The position numbers and the translations under genes are program-made. From an uncultured Dehalococcoidia bacterium (lineage in GTDB: Bacteria; Chloroflexota; Dehalococcoidia; Lucifugimonadales; UBA1123), in assembly GCA_964537915.1 (NCBI GenBank), contig CAZIDM010000001.1, positions 203,433-267,432 on the forward strand: a DNA stretch of 64,000 bases, given 5' to 3'. A model generated the notes under the pieces. That model made no database searches. It was not told where the DNA came from and saw only the letters and a program-made list of their open reading frames with translations. Positions 26,550 to 38,304 of this stretch are shown piece by piece. Numbering within the stretch: the stretch's first letter is position 1; every line of letters starts with the position of its first letter.

Positions 26550-27515
26550 CTAGAATCTGGCTAGCGACTGCTTGGCTTCGAGGGTCATCTCGTACTGCCT
26601 GGGACGCTGGTTCCCCAACTCGTTGACGCCTCGCTTCTCCATATAAGGGAGGAGGTCACGCCTGAAAATGATCCCGAACGCGGGCCCGTCCGCGGAGGCA
26701 AGCTGGTGATTTGGGAAGGTCGAGCGGATGATCTGCTGGCAGTCGGTGCTCTTGAACTTCCCTACCGGCATGTCACGAATGAGCTGAAGCGCGATGCGCT
26801 CAGTGACGGTTAGATCTTCACGTTGGGGGCTAGTCCTGGGCCGCTTCTTTTCTGAAGGCGCTTCATCATCATGAGACTCGTCGGACTCTTCATCAGTCTC
26901 TGCCTCGGAATCGGCTTGATCCTCTGCGGAGGCTTCAATATCGTCTTCTTCGAATTCCGGTTCATCTTCCTCGTAGTCGTCATAATCGTCCCAGGTAGCA
27001 TACCTGTCCACGACATGAACGTATCGCTCAGGGAAGAACTCCTGTAGAAGAGAAGACTTGGTGTCCACTCGATCTGTGAGCACCCAGAGGAACGGAACAA
27101 TTTCAGTTGAATCAACTGGTTGATCCTTCTGAAACTCTTCAGCCAGCTTTGCGTACAGGGAGATGAAGTCGCTATCGTCGCTGACGACTGCAACATGGCT
27201 TACGCGCTCGTGGTTGAAGTCGCTGATTGCGTCCACAGCGATAGCCATGTCTGCCGCATTCTTCGTGGCTGCAAGGCTGTAGTGCTGCACGCCCTTGACT
27301 GTGACATGCAACTCTCTGAAGGCGTCGCTTGCCCAGACCTGCCAGAGGTGCGCGTGATCGGCCCTGACGTACAGGTTTAGCTGGGTGGGCCTGGGTAGTT
27401 GTCTGGGCCATCGACGGATCAGCAGGACAAGTATGTCCTTTGCCATTTCCTGGAGATTCTGAATGTCGGCGTAAATGCCCGTGCTTAAATTGGCGATAAT
27501 TTGTTCGTTTTCCAT
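26550..27515 (-). CDS. NYN/LabA-like (PIN-fold) nuclease-domain protein with acidic linker and C-terminal putative HTH/LOTUS-like domain
   Basis: 'GIYADIQNL', 'KNAADMAIAVDAI' and 'VAVVSDDSDFISLYAKL' match the NYN Asp triad pattern. A ~55-aa D/E-rich linker follows, then an ~85-aa basic C-terminal domain. Lies 30 nt downstream of prs. Confidence 0.7.
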   Translation of the reverse strand: MENEQIIANLSTGIYADIQNLQEMAKDILVLLIRRWPRQLPRPTQLNLYVRADHAHLWQVWASDAFRELHVTVKGVQHYSLAATKNAADMAIAVDAISDFNHERVSHVAVVSDDSDFISLYAKLAEEFQKDQPVDSTEIVPFLWVLTDRVDTKSSLLQEFFPERYVHVVDRYATWDDYDDYEEDEPEFEEDDIEASAEDQADSEAETDEESDESHDDEAPSEKKRPRTSPQREDLTVTERIALQLIRDMPVGKFKSTDCQQIIRSTFPNHQLASADGPAFGIIFRRDLLPYMEKRGVNELGNQRPRQYEMTLEAKQSLARF

Positions 27516-27545
27516 ACCTGAATTCTATCAGCTTTGAGAATGGAT

Positions 27546-28511
27546 TCACAAGCTGGCAGCAGGCAACGCGCCTTCGAACATTGCGCCCACAGACAGTCCG
27601 CTGTGTATCCGGTGAATGGCCTCGCCCAGTATGGACGCTACAGAAATGACCCGGGTCTTGTCGCCGAGTTTCTCAGGTCCAATTGGAAGGGAATCCGTGA
27701 CGGCCAGTTCCAATATGGGGCTTTGTTGGATCAGTCTGGGCGCCTGATCGCAGAGCACTCCGTGCGTTACCGCACAGTACACTTCCCTGGCTCCGTTATG
27801 CACGAGGGCATCTGCGGCAGACAGGACCGTGCCTCCAGTGGTGATCTCATCGTCAACAATGACGACCTTTCTGCCGGAGACCTCGCCGATTACCTGGTCG
27901 GACACAACCTGATCCGTGTTACCGAGTCGACGCTTCTGAACGACCGCCAGGTCGGCCCCGAGGATGTCAGCCGTTTCCCTCGCCCTCTTCGCTCCACCAA
28001 CATCAGTTGCAGCCACGACTACGTCGTTACCGTTCCCGAATGGTCGGGCAAGCATCGGAATGGCGGTCAACTCGTCCACAGGGATTCCGAAGAAGCCCTG
28101 GATCTGGCCAGCATGGAGATCGAGAGTCAGGACCCTGTTGGCCCCGGACACTTCAATCATGGAAGCGATCAACCTGGCTGTAATGGGCACCCTGGGCTGG
28201 TCTTTCTTGTCACTTCTTCCATACGCATAGTAGGGAAGAACTGCCGTAATTCGACCGGCCGACGCGCGCTTAAACGCGTCAAGCATGATCATGAATTCCA
28301 TGATGTGGTCGTTGACCGGCTCGCTGAAGGGCTGAACGATGAACACGTCCCGTTCGCGTACGTTCTCGAGTATCCTCACGAATGTGTTGTCGTTCTTGAA
28401 CTTGAACACTTCAATGTGCCCAAGCTGGATGCCGAGGTAGGAGCAGATGTCCTGTGCCAACTGGGGATGGGCATTGCCCGTGAACACCTTTAGGTCTTCA
28501 GCAACCGGCAT
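27546..28511 (-). CDS. prs: Ribose-phosphate pyrophosphokinase
   Basis: 'KVFTGNAHPQLAQDI', 'FIVQP', 'YYAYGRSDKK', 'DLHAGQIQGFF', 'VVIVDDEITTGGT'. Confidence 0.95.
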   Translation of the reverse strand: MPVAEDLKVFTGNAHPQLAQDICSYLGIQLGHIEVFKFKNDNTFVRILENVRERDVFIVQPFSEPVNDHIMEFMIMLDAFKRASAGRITAVLPYYAYGRSDKKDQPRVPITARLIASMIEVSGANRVLTLDLHAGQIQGFFGIPVDELTAIPMLARPFGNGNDVVVAATDVGGAKRARETADILGADLAVVQKRRLGNTDQVVSDQVIGEVSGRKVVIVDDEITTGGTVLSAADALVHNGAREVYCAVTHGVLCDQAPRLIQQSPILELAVTDSLPIGPEKLGDKTRVISVASILGEAIHRIHSGLSVGAMFEGALPAASL

Positions 28512-28731
28512 TTAATACCCTCCCTGCGCGCTGATTCCGTGAATCGCGAAGCCATGGAATTGTAGCACAGCGCTTTGCTGTGGATTCAATGCTCAAATCC
28601 GCCATCTAAACGCATTTTCGCGCGGATTTTGAGTCGCCCAGAAGTCCCTGTCGGGCCCTATCGCTCTCAGAGCGTAATCCGACTGGGATTGGGAGGTGTG
28701 CGGTTTGCGCTGCTTGGAAGTCCACCTGCTG

Positions 28732-28740
28732 TGGTAGGAT
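28732..28740 (+). promoter_or_regulatory. Candidate extended -10 (TGGTAGGAT) for the Memo-like gene
   Basis: TGnTAGGAT lies 76 nt upstream of ATG 28816. A possible -35 TTGGAA sits at 28714-28719, but the spacer is only 15 nt. Confidence 0.3.
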
Positions 28741-28815
28741 ACCCCCGGCGTGCGCCGTTGCCCGATGTCTGAGCGGCGCTCGACGAGTTAGCCAATTGCT
28801 GGAATCACCCTTGCC

Positions 28816-30063
28816 ATGACTTCTGGAGACTACTCACACATTCCCGAGAGGCCCGAACTGCGCCTCGTTGAGCCGATGTGGGTCGAGCATCAGGGCGGAC
28901 GGTTTCTTTACCTGAGGGACCACCTGTCGCTGTCCGAACTGACTGTCATGATTCCCGAAGTGGCTGCCCCCGTCGTAACGCTGCTCGACGGCACCAGGAA
29001 CATCCCTGAGGTCCGATCAGCACTTGCCCTGCGATTCGGGTTAACGGTTACCGATCAGGAACTAGTGTCGATGATCGACCAGCTTGATCAGGCTCTCATG
29101 ATTGGCAATGGGAGGTTCCGCAGGGCGCGCAGGCGTGCGATTGAAGAATTCCGTGCTGCTGACCACAGGGCTCCTTCCCACGTTGGAGCCGTGTACCCGT
29201 CATCGGCGAAGGCTCTAGAAGACACCATCACTGGGTGGTGCTCCAGCGATAGCCTGGGTGCACCCTTCGTCAGACCTGAGGGAGACCTCGTTGGGATGCT
29301 GTGCCCGCACATCGACTACAACCGGGGTCACGCTACTTACGCCGAGCTTTGGCGTGGCATCGAGCCTGACCTCTCCGACGTCGAGACCGTTGTGGTGCTC
29401 GGCACAGACCATTACGGCGGCCAGGGTCAGGTTACTCCCACAGTCCAGAACTACTCGACACCTTATGGGACTATGGAGACAGACACAGATGTCGTGAACC
29501 GTCTCGCCGACGCTATTGGTGCAGAGACCTTCGACGAGGAACTGCACCACCGGACTGAGCACTCAATCGAATTGGCGGTAGTCTGGCTGCACCACTTCAT
29601 GCGGAAAAAGAAGGTCAGACTTGTGCCGGTGCTCTGCGGGTCATTCCATGCGTACACGAGCAGCGATGCCAATCCTGAAGACAACCGCAACATATCCGCC
29701 ACCCTGGAAGTACTCAACGAGGTGCTTTCAGAGCGTCGCACTTTGGTAGTCGCGGCGGGTGACCTCGCTCACGTTGGCCCAGCATTCGGCGATCCCAATC
29801 CGCTCGATGAAGTCGCGAAGGCCAGGATAGAGTCTGAAGACTCGCAGTCCATTTCGGCAATTTGTGCCGGGGATGCCCGTAGGTTTCTCGAGATCTCGCG
29901 GAATGAATCTGACAGCCGGAAGATCTGTGGCCTGCCCCCAATCTACCTGATGCTCAAACTTCTGGCTGGGGCGACAGGAGTTCACATGGGGTACGACCAG
30001 TGCCCGGCGGACGCGTCCAATGGCTCCATTGTTTCGATAGCAGGTACCCTACTCTACCGCTAA
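28816..30063 (+). CDS. Memo-family (AmmeMemoRadiSam system protein B-like) protein with N-terminal PqqD-like domain
   Basis: Memo blocks: 'GAVYPSS', 'CPHIDYNRG', 'VVVLGTDHYG', 'EHSIELAVVWLHHF', 'GDLAHVGPAFGD', 'KICGLPPI'. N-terminal residues ~15-100, 'IPEVAAPVVTLLDGTRNIPEVRSALALRFGLTVTDQELVSMIDQLDQALMI', resemble PqqD/RRE. Confidence 0.85.
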   Translation: MTSGDYSHIPERPELRLVEPMWVEHQGGRFLYLRDHLSLSELTVMIPEVAAPVVTLLDGTRNIPEVRSALALRFGLTVTDQELVSMIDQLDQALMIGNGRFRRARRRAIEEFRAADHRAPSHVGAVYPSSAKALEDTITGWCSSDSLGAPFVRPEGDLVGMLCPHIDYNRGHATYAELWRGIEPDLSDVETVVVLGTDHYGGQGQVTPTVQNYSTPYGTMETDTDVVNRLADAIGAETFDEELHHRTEHSIELAVVWLHHFMRKKKVRLVPVLCGSFHAYTSSDANPEDNRNISATLEVLNEVLSERRTLVVAAGDLAHVGPAFGDPNPLDEVAKARIESEDSQSISAICAGDARRFLEISRNESDSRKICGLPPIYLMLKLLAGATGVHMGYDQCPADASNGSIVSIAGTLLYR

Positions 30064-30165
30064 CGCGCCCTGATATCCTTTCCGCACAGATTCCCCTCCA
30101 AGGCACAATCTGAGACTTATCTGGTAGGTGGATATAAGCGCGATCTGTCAATGGTGGCTTGAATC

Positions 30166-30936
30166 ATGCAACAGTCAGTTAACTCGATCAGCATCTTCGG
30201 CATTAACGGCATTCCCGAAATCCAGCCGGGCGACAGGCTGGGGCAGACCATCGTCGAAGCAGCGGCTGCCCAGGGAACTGCCCTTGAATCGGGCGACATC
30301 GTGGTCGTAACTCAGAAGATCGTGTCGAAGGCAGAAGGCCGCCTGGTCAAGCTGTCCTCCGTGGAACCGTCCGACTTTGCCATCAGCTTCGCGAGAAGTG
30401 CGGACAGGGATCCGCGATTGATTGAGCTAATTCTTCAGGAAAGCAAGTCAATCGTGAGGATGGACCCTGACCGAGGCGTCATAATCTCAGAGACGCATCA
30501 CGGGTTCGTTTGCGCGAACGCAGGCATTGATCAATCCAACATCCCAGGTGACGACGTGGTGTGTCTGTTGCCCGTCGATTCCGATGGGTCGGCCCTCAGG
30601 ATCAGCGAGGACATACGGAGGTCCTCAGGCATTCAGACCCCGGTCATCATCTCAGACACGTTTGGAAGGGCTTGGCGCGACGGCCACGTCAACTTCGCCG
30701 TAGGTGTTGCTGGAATGGACCCGATGATGGACTACAGGGGACTCCCTGACGCTCAGGGACGAGAGATGCACGTCACCACGATCGCCGTTGCAGACGAACT
30801 TGCAGCCGCAGCCGAGCTGGTCCAATTCAAGGCGATCGGTGTACCTGTGTCGGTTGTTCGAGGATACCCGTTCGAGGAGAACGAAGGCAGCAGCCGGCAA
30901 CTCGTCCGAGAGCGCAATCGCGACATGTTCAGGTAA
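30166..30936 (+). CDS. cofE: Coenzyme F420-0:L-glutamate ligase
   Basis: 'GDIVVVTQKIVSKAEGR', 'ETHHGFVCANAGIDQSN', 'VIISDTFGRAWR'; ~250-aa length. Confidence 0.88.
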   Translation: MQQSVNSISIFGINGIPEIQPGDRLGQTIVEAAAAQGTALESGDIVVVTQKIVSKAEGRLVKLSSVEPSDFAISFARSADRDPRLIELILQESKSIVRMDPDRGVIISETHHGFVCANAGIDQSNIPGDDVVCLLPVDSDGSALRISEDIRRSSGIQTPVIISDTFGRAWRDGHVNFAVGVAGMDPMMDYRGLPDAQGREMHVTTIAVADELAAAAELVQFKAIGVPVSVVRGYPFEENEGSSRQLVRERNRDMFR

Positions 30937-31033
30937 TGAGCCCAACACACTAGGACTGACGCCTGGAGCCGTTTTGGCCCCTAATTCGCAGTGCGAAACC
31001 CTTGGCTGTCGGGAACTTCAGAGTGGTGGCCCG

Positions 31034-31729
31034 CTAGGCAAATGCACCGATCTCTTCCGGGACGTGAACGGCGGAATCAAGCGCCGAGATGCCCTTCTGA
31101 GTATCGGACGCAAGCTTGGCTTTGTCTGACACCCGCAGCCTGCGCTTGAACAGCCAGTACGTGAACTCCTTGAGTTCGGTCAGTGTCGCTACCGGCCTGT
31201 TGGCCACTCCCTGATCGTCTCGGAACGACGAAAGCAGTCCATCGTATGATGACCGGTAGATTCTCTGGAAGGTGGCTTCAGTGTGATCGGCAGCGTACTG
31301 GCGTCCACTTGCGTAGAAGCGCTTGCCGACTTCGTCCTCTACCGTGTTCTGGAGGGCCATCTCCACTTCGACGCCGTAGAAGTAGTTCAGGTACGCGCTG
31401 TACTTATCGGAGCCGAGGATTCTCTTGAAGTCCGCCTCATCAAAGTCCGTAGGAAAGCGACCGGCAAATAGGAGTGACTCCAACTCTTCGGCAGGTATCT
31501 GGTCCCTGACCTCGAATGACAGTCGATTTGCGAGTGCCAGCCAGTCGAACGCTTCAGAGCCAATCAGGTAGACGAGCTTCGTCTCAAGAAAAGTCTCCTC
31601 TGGGAGAGTCCAAAGTGCCATCGCCTCGAGCAGGGCTACTGGCCAACTCTCGCCCTGTTCGAGTTTCTCTCTGAGGTGGTTTATAGCCTCCGCCTCAGCA
31701 GGCTCGGTGTTGGATTTACACTCGCCCAT
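31034..31729 (-). CDS. Hypothetical protein (231 aa) overlapping the polX stop
   Basis: The ATG at 31729 overlaps the last 14 nt of polX. Acidic and helical; no family recognised. Confidence 0.6.
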   Translation of the reverse strand: MGECKSNTEPAEAEAINHLREKLEQGESWPVALLEAMALWTLPEETFLETKLVYLIGSEAFDWLALANRLSFEVRDQIPAEELESLLFAGRFPTDFDEADFKRILGSDKYSAYLNYFYGVEVEMALQNTVEDEVGKRFYASGRQYAADHTEATFQRIYRSSYDGLLSSFRDDQGVANRPVATLTELKEFTYWLFKRRLRVSDKAKLASDTQKGISALDSAVHVPEEIGAFA

Positions 31730-33482
31730 GCTCCGATAATGCCTTACTTCGCTTTGACTTGTCCAGTTTCAGCCACGAAATGAACTCATCAGCACCCATG
31801 CAGTTTACGATATGGCGTGGTTCACATGAGGCCCGTCTCGCCAGTCGTGCACCATACTCCAGGTTGCCCAGCGACTCGACGGTGTGAGCATCTGTGTCGA
31901 TCACCAGCGGAGCCCCAAGCTCCCGCGCCCTTCGAATGTGGGTGTCTTTGAGGTCGAGCCGTTCAAGGGAGCCGTTTATCTCCAGCGCAGTTCCCGTGTC
32001 TGCAGCGGCTCTGAAGATCGCTTCGTAGTCAGCGTCTACAGGGCGTCGTTCTCCAATCAACCTTGTTGACAGGTGACCGATCGCCGAGACATAAGGGTTC
32101 TTAATCGCAGAGATTATCCTCCGCGTCATCGTCTCCGAGTCCTGTGACATCGCGCTGTGTACGGATGCCACGACCCAGTCCAGTTTCTCCAATACGTCGT
32201 CGGAATAGTCGAGGGTGCCGTCTGCCCTGATGTCCATTTCAGTTCCGTGGAGAACGCGTATGCCGCCGACAGCCTTCGCGACCTCCCTGAGTCTCTCTCC
32301 GTGCCTTTCGAGGCGTTCTATGCTCAATCCGTTGGCTATAGCTCGCCCAACCGAGTGGTCTGTAACCGCGATGTATTCGAGGCATCGGTCCTTTGCGGCG
32401 CGGATCATCTCTTCCATTGAGTCGCGTCCATCGCTCCAGTCTGTATGCGAGTGGAGGTCTCCCCTGATATCCGATGCCTGTACCAGCTTAGCTATGGCCC
32501 CATTCCTGGCATCCTGGACCTCAGACCCTCCCTGGCGTAGTTCAGGAGGAACAAACTGGAGACCGAGCTTGGCGTACAGAGACTCTTCATCGCTGAAGGT
32601 CTCCAGCTCTCCGGTGTCCAGGTCCGTAAGCCCATATTCGTTTAGCGAAAGGCCCAGGCCGGTGGCGACCTCACGAAGTAGAACATTGTGGTGCAGATTG
32701 CCGGTGAAGTACTGCAGCATCGCACCCAGACTGTTAGCCTCGGCGACTCGAAGGTCGATCTGAATGCCTGAGTTCAAGACCACGGAGACTTTGCTTTCTC
32801 CATGACCCAACACTTGCTCGACTGAGTCCATTTCCACCAGGGCATCGAGAGCCCTCTGAGGTTCGCTGGTGACGCAGACCAGGTCAAGGTCTCCAACCGT
32901 CTCTTCGAACCTCCTCAAGCTTCCGCAGAAGACCAGTTGGGAGATCTCAGGACAGGTCGACTCCAAGTAGGACCTTACCTGGCGGGCTGTTCCCATCGCT
33001 CGTGCGATTGGAGCGCGATCCCCCTTGGTCCTTGCAAACTGTATTGCCCTCAGGATGTTGTCGGCGCTCTTCTTCCCCATCCTGGGAAGCGACGCTACCC
33101 TGCCGTCCTCGATAGCCGCAGCGAGCGCCTCCACCGAGGTAACGTCCAGCTCCTTCCAGACCCGCACAACGGTCTTGGGTCCGAGCCCGGGTACTTCCAC
33201 GAGGTCGAGAATCCCGTCAGGGAACTCCGCCTTGAGACGCTCGAAGTAGCTCATCTCCCCGGTGTTGACCAGCTCGGTGATCTTCGCCGAGATAGCCTTG
33301 CCAATACCAGGGATCTCGGTCAGGTCCTCGCCTTCTCGGACCATGGCGTCCATGTCTCTCGGTAGGCGCTCTATGGTGCGCGCGGCGCGCTGGTACGCCC
33401 GGACAGTAAACCCCTTCTCCTCCTTCATCTGGAGAAGGCTGACAATGGTCTCGAAGGTCTCTGCTATCTCCGAATTGGTCAT
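31716..33482 (-). CDS. polX: DNA polymerase X family protein with C-terminal PHP phosphoesterase domain
   Basis: N-terminal HhH 'FTVRAYQRAARTIE', 'IPGIGKAISAKI'; nucleotidyltransferase 'CGSLRRFEETVGDLDLV'; PHP 'GDLHSHTDWSDG'. Confidence 0.9.
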   Translation of the reverse strand: MTNSEIAETFETIVSLLQMKEEKGFTVRAYQRAARTIERLPRDMDAMVREGEDLTEIPGIGKAISAKITELVNTGEMSYFERLKAEFPDGILDLVEVPGLGPKTVVRVWKELDVTSVEALAAAIEDGRVASLPRMGKKSADNILRAIQFARTKGDRAPIARAMGTARQVRSYLESTCPEISQLVFCGSLRRFEETVGDLDLVCVTSEPQRALDALVEMDSVEQVLGHGESKVSVVLNSGIQIDLRVAEANSLGAMLQYFTGNLHHNVLLREVATGLGLSLNEYGLTDLDTGELETFSDEESLYAKLGLQFVPPELRQGGSEVQDARNGAIAKLVQASDIRGDLHSHTDWSDGRDSMEEMIRAAKDRCLEYIAVTDHSVGRAIANGLSIERLERHGERLREVAKAVGGIRVLHGTEMDIRADGTLDYSDDVLEKLDWVVASVHSAMSQDSETMTRRIISAIKNPYVSAIGHLSTRLIGERRPVDADYEAIFRAAADTGTALEINGSLERLDLKDTHIRRARELGAPLVIDTDAHTVESLGNLEYGARLARRASCEPRHIVNCMGADEFISWLKLDKSKRSKALSEHGRV

Positions 33483-33555
33483 CGTGTGATGGGGAACTCT
33501 CTGTTGCCGTGAGCCGGAACCGAGCCAGGGACGCGTGGTCTAATGATCAGTGAAC

Positions 33556-36174
<2,619 letters not shown>

Positions 36175-36328
36175 GTCTGTCCCACCCCCATCTCGCAGCA
36201 CCTCTCAGCATGCGCCCTGATTCGGTTAAGACACTGTCCCATTATATCCGAACTGCGCGATCTGGGGTCTTGCCCGGTATGGGTCTGTCGTGTGTTAACC
36301 TAGCCTGCAGCCAAACAGGAGCGTTTCC

Positions 36329-37269
36329 ATGATCGATCACACCCTATTCAGACCTGATGCAATTGATCCTGAAACGACGGCATTCAACGCCGAGCTGAAA
36401 GATGTACTGGCTCAGGCGCCCTCGCCGATGGACGTCCCCGTGGAGGAGACCAGGGCCGCCCGAGAGGAGGGCCGCGGCCCTTCGGGACCAGTGGTGGTTT
36501 CCGACATGGCTGAGGAGCGGAAGATCGACGGCCCGCACGGCCCGATCACTCTCAGGACGTTTGTCCCGGACAGTCCGCGAGGCATTTACCTGCACATTCA
36601 TGGAGGTGGCTGGGTTCTTGGAAGAGCGCACCTGCAGGACCCACGTAACGAAGAGATAGCTCAAACATGTTCCGCTGCCGTGATCAGCGTGGACTACAGG
36701 CTAGCTCCCGAGCATCCTTACCCTGCACCCCTGGACGACTGCGAGGCCGCCGCCGCATGGGTGGTCGATAATGCAAAGGCGGAGTTTGGTGTAGACGACA
36801 TCGTGATAGGTGGCGAATCAGCCGGAGGACATCTCTCCGCGACGACTATCTCAGGATGCGTGACAGGCACGGATACACAGGGTTCAAGGGTGCGAATCTC
36901 GTTTACGGGGTCTACGACCTCGCAATGACACCATCTCAACGAAGTTGGGGCGACGAGCCGTTCGTCCTGAGCACTTCCATCATGGACTGGTTCTACGATC
37001 ACTTCGTTCCCGCCGATCAGCGCCACGATCCAGACGTCTCGCCGCTGTACGCAGACCTTCACGACCTTCCTCCTGCTCTGTTCAGCGTGGGTACACTCGA
37101 CCCGCTCCTGGATGACACGCTGTTCATGTACCAACGCTGGATGGCCGCAGGCAATGTGGGCGAACTCTGTGTCTACCCGGGTGGACCCCACGGATTCGAC
37201 GCTCACCCAACAAACCTGGGGCAGTCGGCGCGAAAGAGGATGAACGAGTTCATATCCGCGCACCTATAG
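36329..37269 (+). pseudogene. Alpha/beta-hydrolase-fold-3 (HSL/Aes-like) esterase split by a frameshift near 36845-36853
   Basis: Frame A (36329-36928) carries 'HIHGGGW' and the 'GGESAGG' nucleophile elbow. Frame B (36856-37269) carries the rest, including 'GTLDPLLDD' (Asp) and 'GGPHGF' (His). The join is consistent with one missing nt around 'ACTATCTCAGG'. Confidence 0.75.
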
Positions 37270-37406
37270 GTTTAGGGCACTATTGGACCGGAACTGAGGG
37301 GTCGAGTCCATTACATGATGACTCGGTGCGTCCCACCGCCTTCCTGATTCTGGATTCACGCCACGGCGAGGGCACATCAATTGAATGAAATTGGATCAAT
37401 GGTGAA

Positions 37407-38291
37407 ATGATAGTTCTGAGAAGCCTGCTATTCGTTCCAGGTAACACTCCGAGGATGCTGGACCGCGCGATTGCACTCAGGCCAGATGCCTTCGTGCCCG
37501 ACATGGAAGACTCCGTCCCGTGGGACGAGAAGGCCAACGCCCGAAATGTGACCGCCTCCTACGTCCCGGAACTGGCCGCCTCCGGAGTCCCCGTCATTCC
37601 ACGAGTGAACGCTCTGGATACTGGACTTCTCGAGCAAGACCTCGCAGCAGTGGTCGGGCCGCACATCTACGGGGTCTCCGTTGGAAAAATGGACAACCCG
37701 GGGATAGTGTCAGAAGTGTCCAGCCTGCTGGACAGTGCGGAGGATGCCGCAGGTGTTGAGAGGGGCACTACCCGGCTCGTTCCATGGATTGAGTCAGCGG
37801 AAGCCATCGTCAAGGCGTACGACATTTGCACGTCTTCAGAGCGGATAGTTGCTGCGGCCCTCGGAGCCGAAGACTTCACTAACGATATGGAGATCAAGCG
37901 CACCGACGGCGATGCTGAACTCGCCTACGCACGTGGCGCGATCGCCGTAGCCGCCCGTGCCGCCGGCGTCCTGGCACTCGATACGCCGTTCTTCTCGTTT
38001 CGCGATCCCGTCGCCCTCAAGGCAAACACCGAGATGTCAAAGGCAATCGGATTCAAGGGGAGGTTTGCCATTCACCCGGCGCAGTTGGACATCATCAACG
38101 GTGTGTATTCACCATCAGAAGATGAGATCTCACAGGCGCAGAGGGAAATTGAAGCCTTCGAAGAAGCGGCAGCAATGGGCCGTGGTTCGACTTCCCTGGA
38201 TGGCAAGGTCATCGACGTGCCCGTTGTAAAGAGGGCCCAGGCGCTCATTGAGAGAGCGAGAGCAATGGGCCTCACTGAGGAAGGCTGCTAG
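37407..38291 (+). CDS. citE: HpcH/HpaI-CitE family lyase (citryl/malyl-CoA lyase-like)
   Basis: 'LRSLLFVPGNTPRMLDRA...DAFVPDMEDSVP' and 'GAEDFTNDM'; ~290-aa length. Confidence 0.85.
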   Translation: MIVLRSLLFVPGNTPRMLDRAIALRPDAFVPDMEDSVPWDEKANARNVTASYVPELAASGVPVIPRVNALDTGLLEQDLAAVVGPHIYGVSVGKMDNPGIVSEVSSLLDSAEDAAGVERGTTRLVPWIESAEAIVKAYDICTSSERIVAAALGAEDFTNDMEIKRTDGDAELAYARGAIAVAARAAGVLALDTPFFSFRDPVALKANTEMSKAIGFKGRFAIHPAQLDIINGVYSPSEDEISQAQREIEAFEEAAAMGRGSTSLDGKVIDVPVVKRAQALIERARAMGLTEEGC

Positions 38292-38304
38292 TCCCCCTCG
38301 AGTC

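Noticed and set aside
26547-26556. A third copy of CTAGAATCT as a promoter element.
   Set aside because: It overlaps the stop codon and last codons of the minus-strand NYN gene and has no downstream plus-strand gene. It is most likely coincidental.
28575-28772. The 65-aa ORF (and tiny ORFs such as the 13-codon GTG ORF near 28696) as a precursor peptide for the PqqD-like/Memo protein.
   Set aside because: It has no usable SD spacing, an improbable composition, and a non-ATG start. There is nothing to distinguish it from noise without comparative data.
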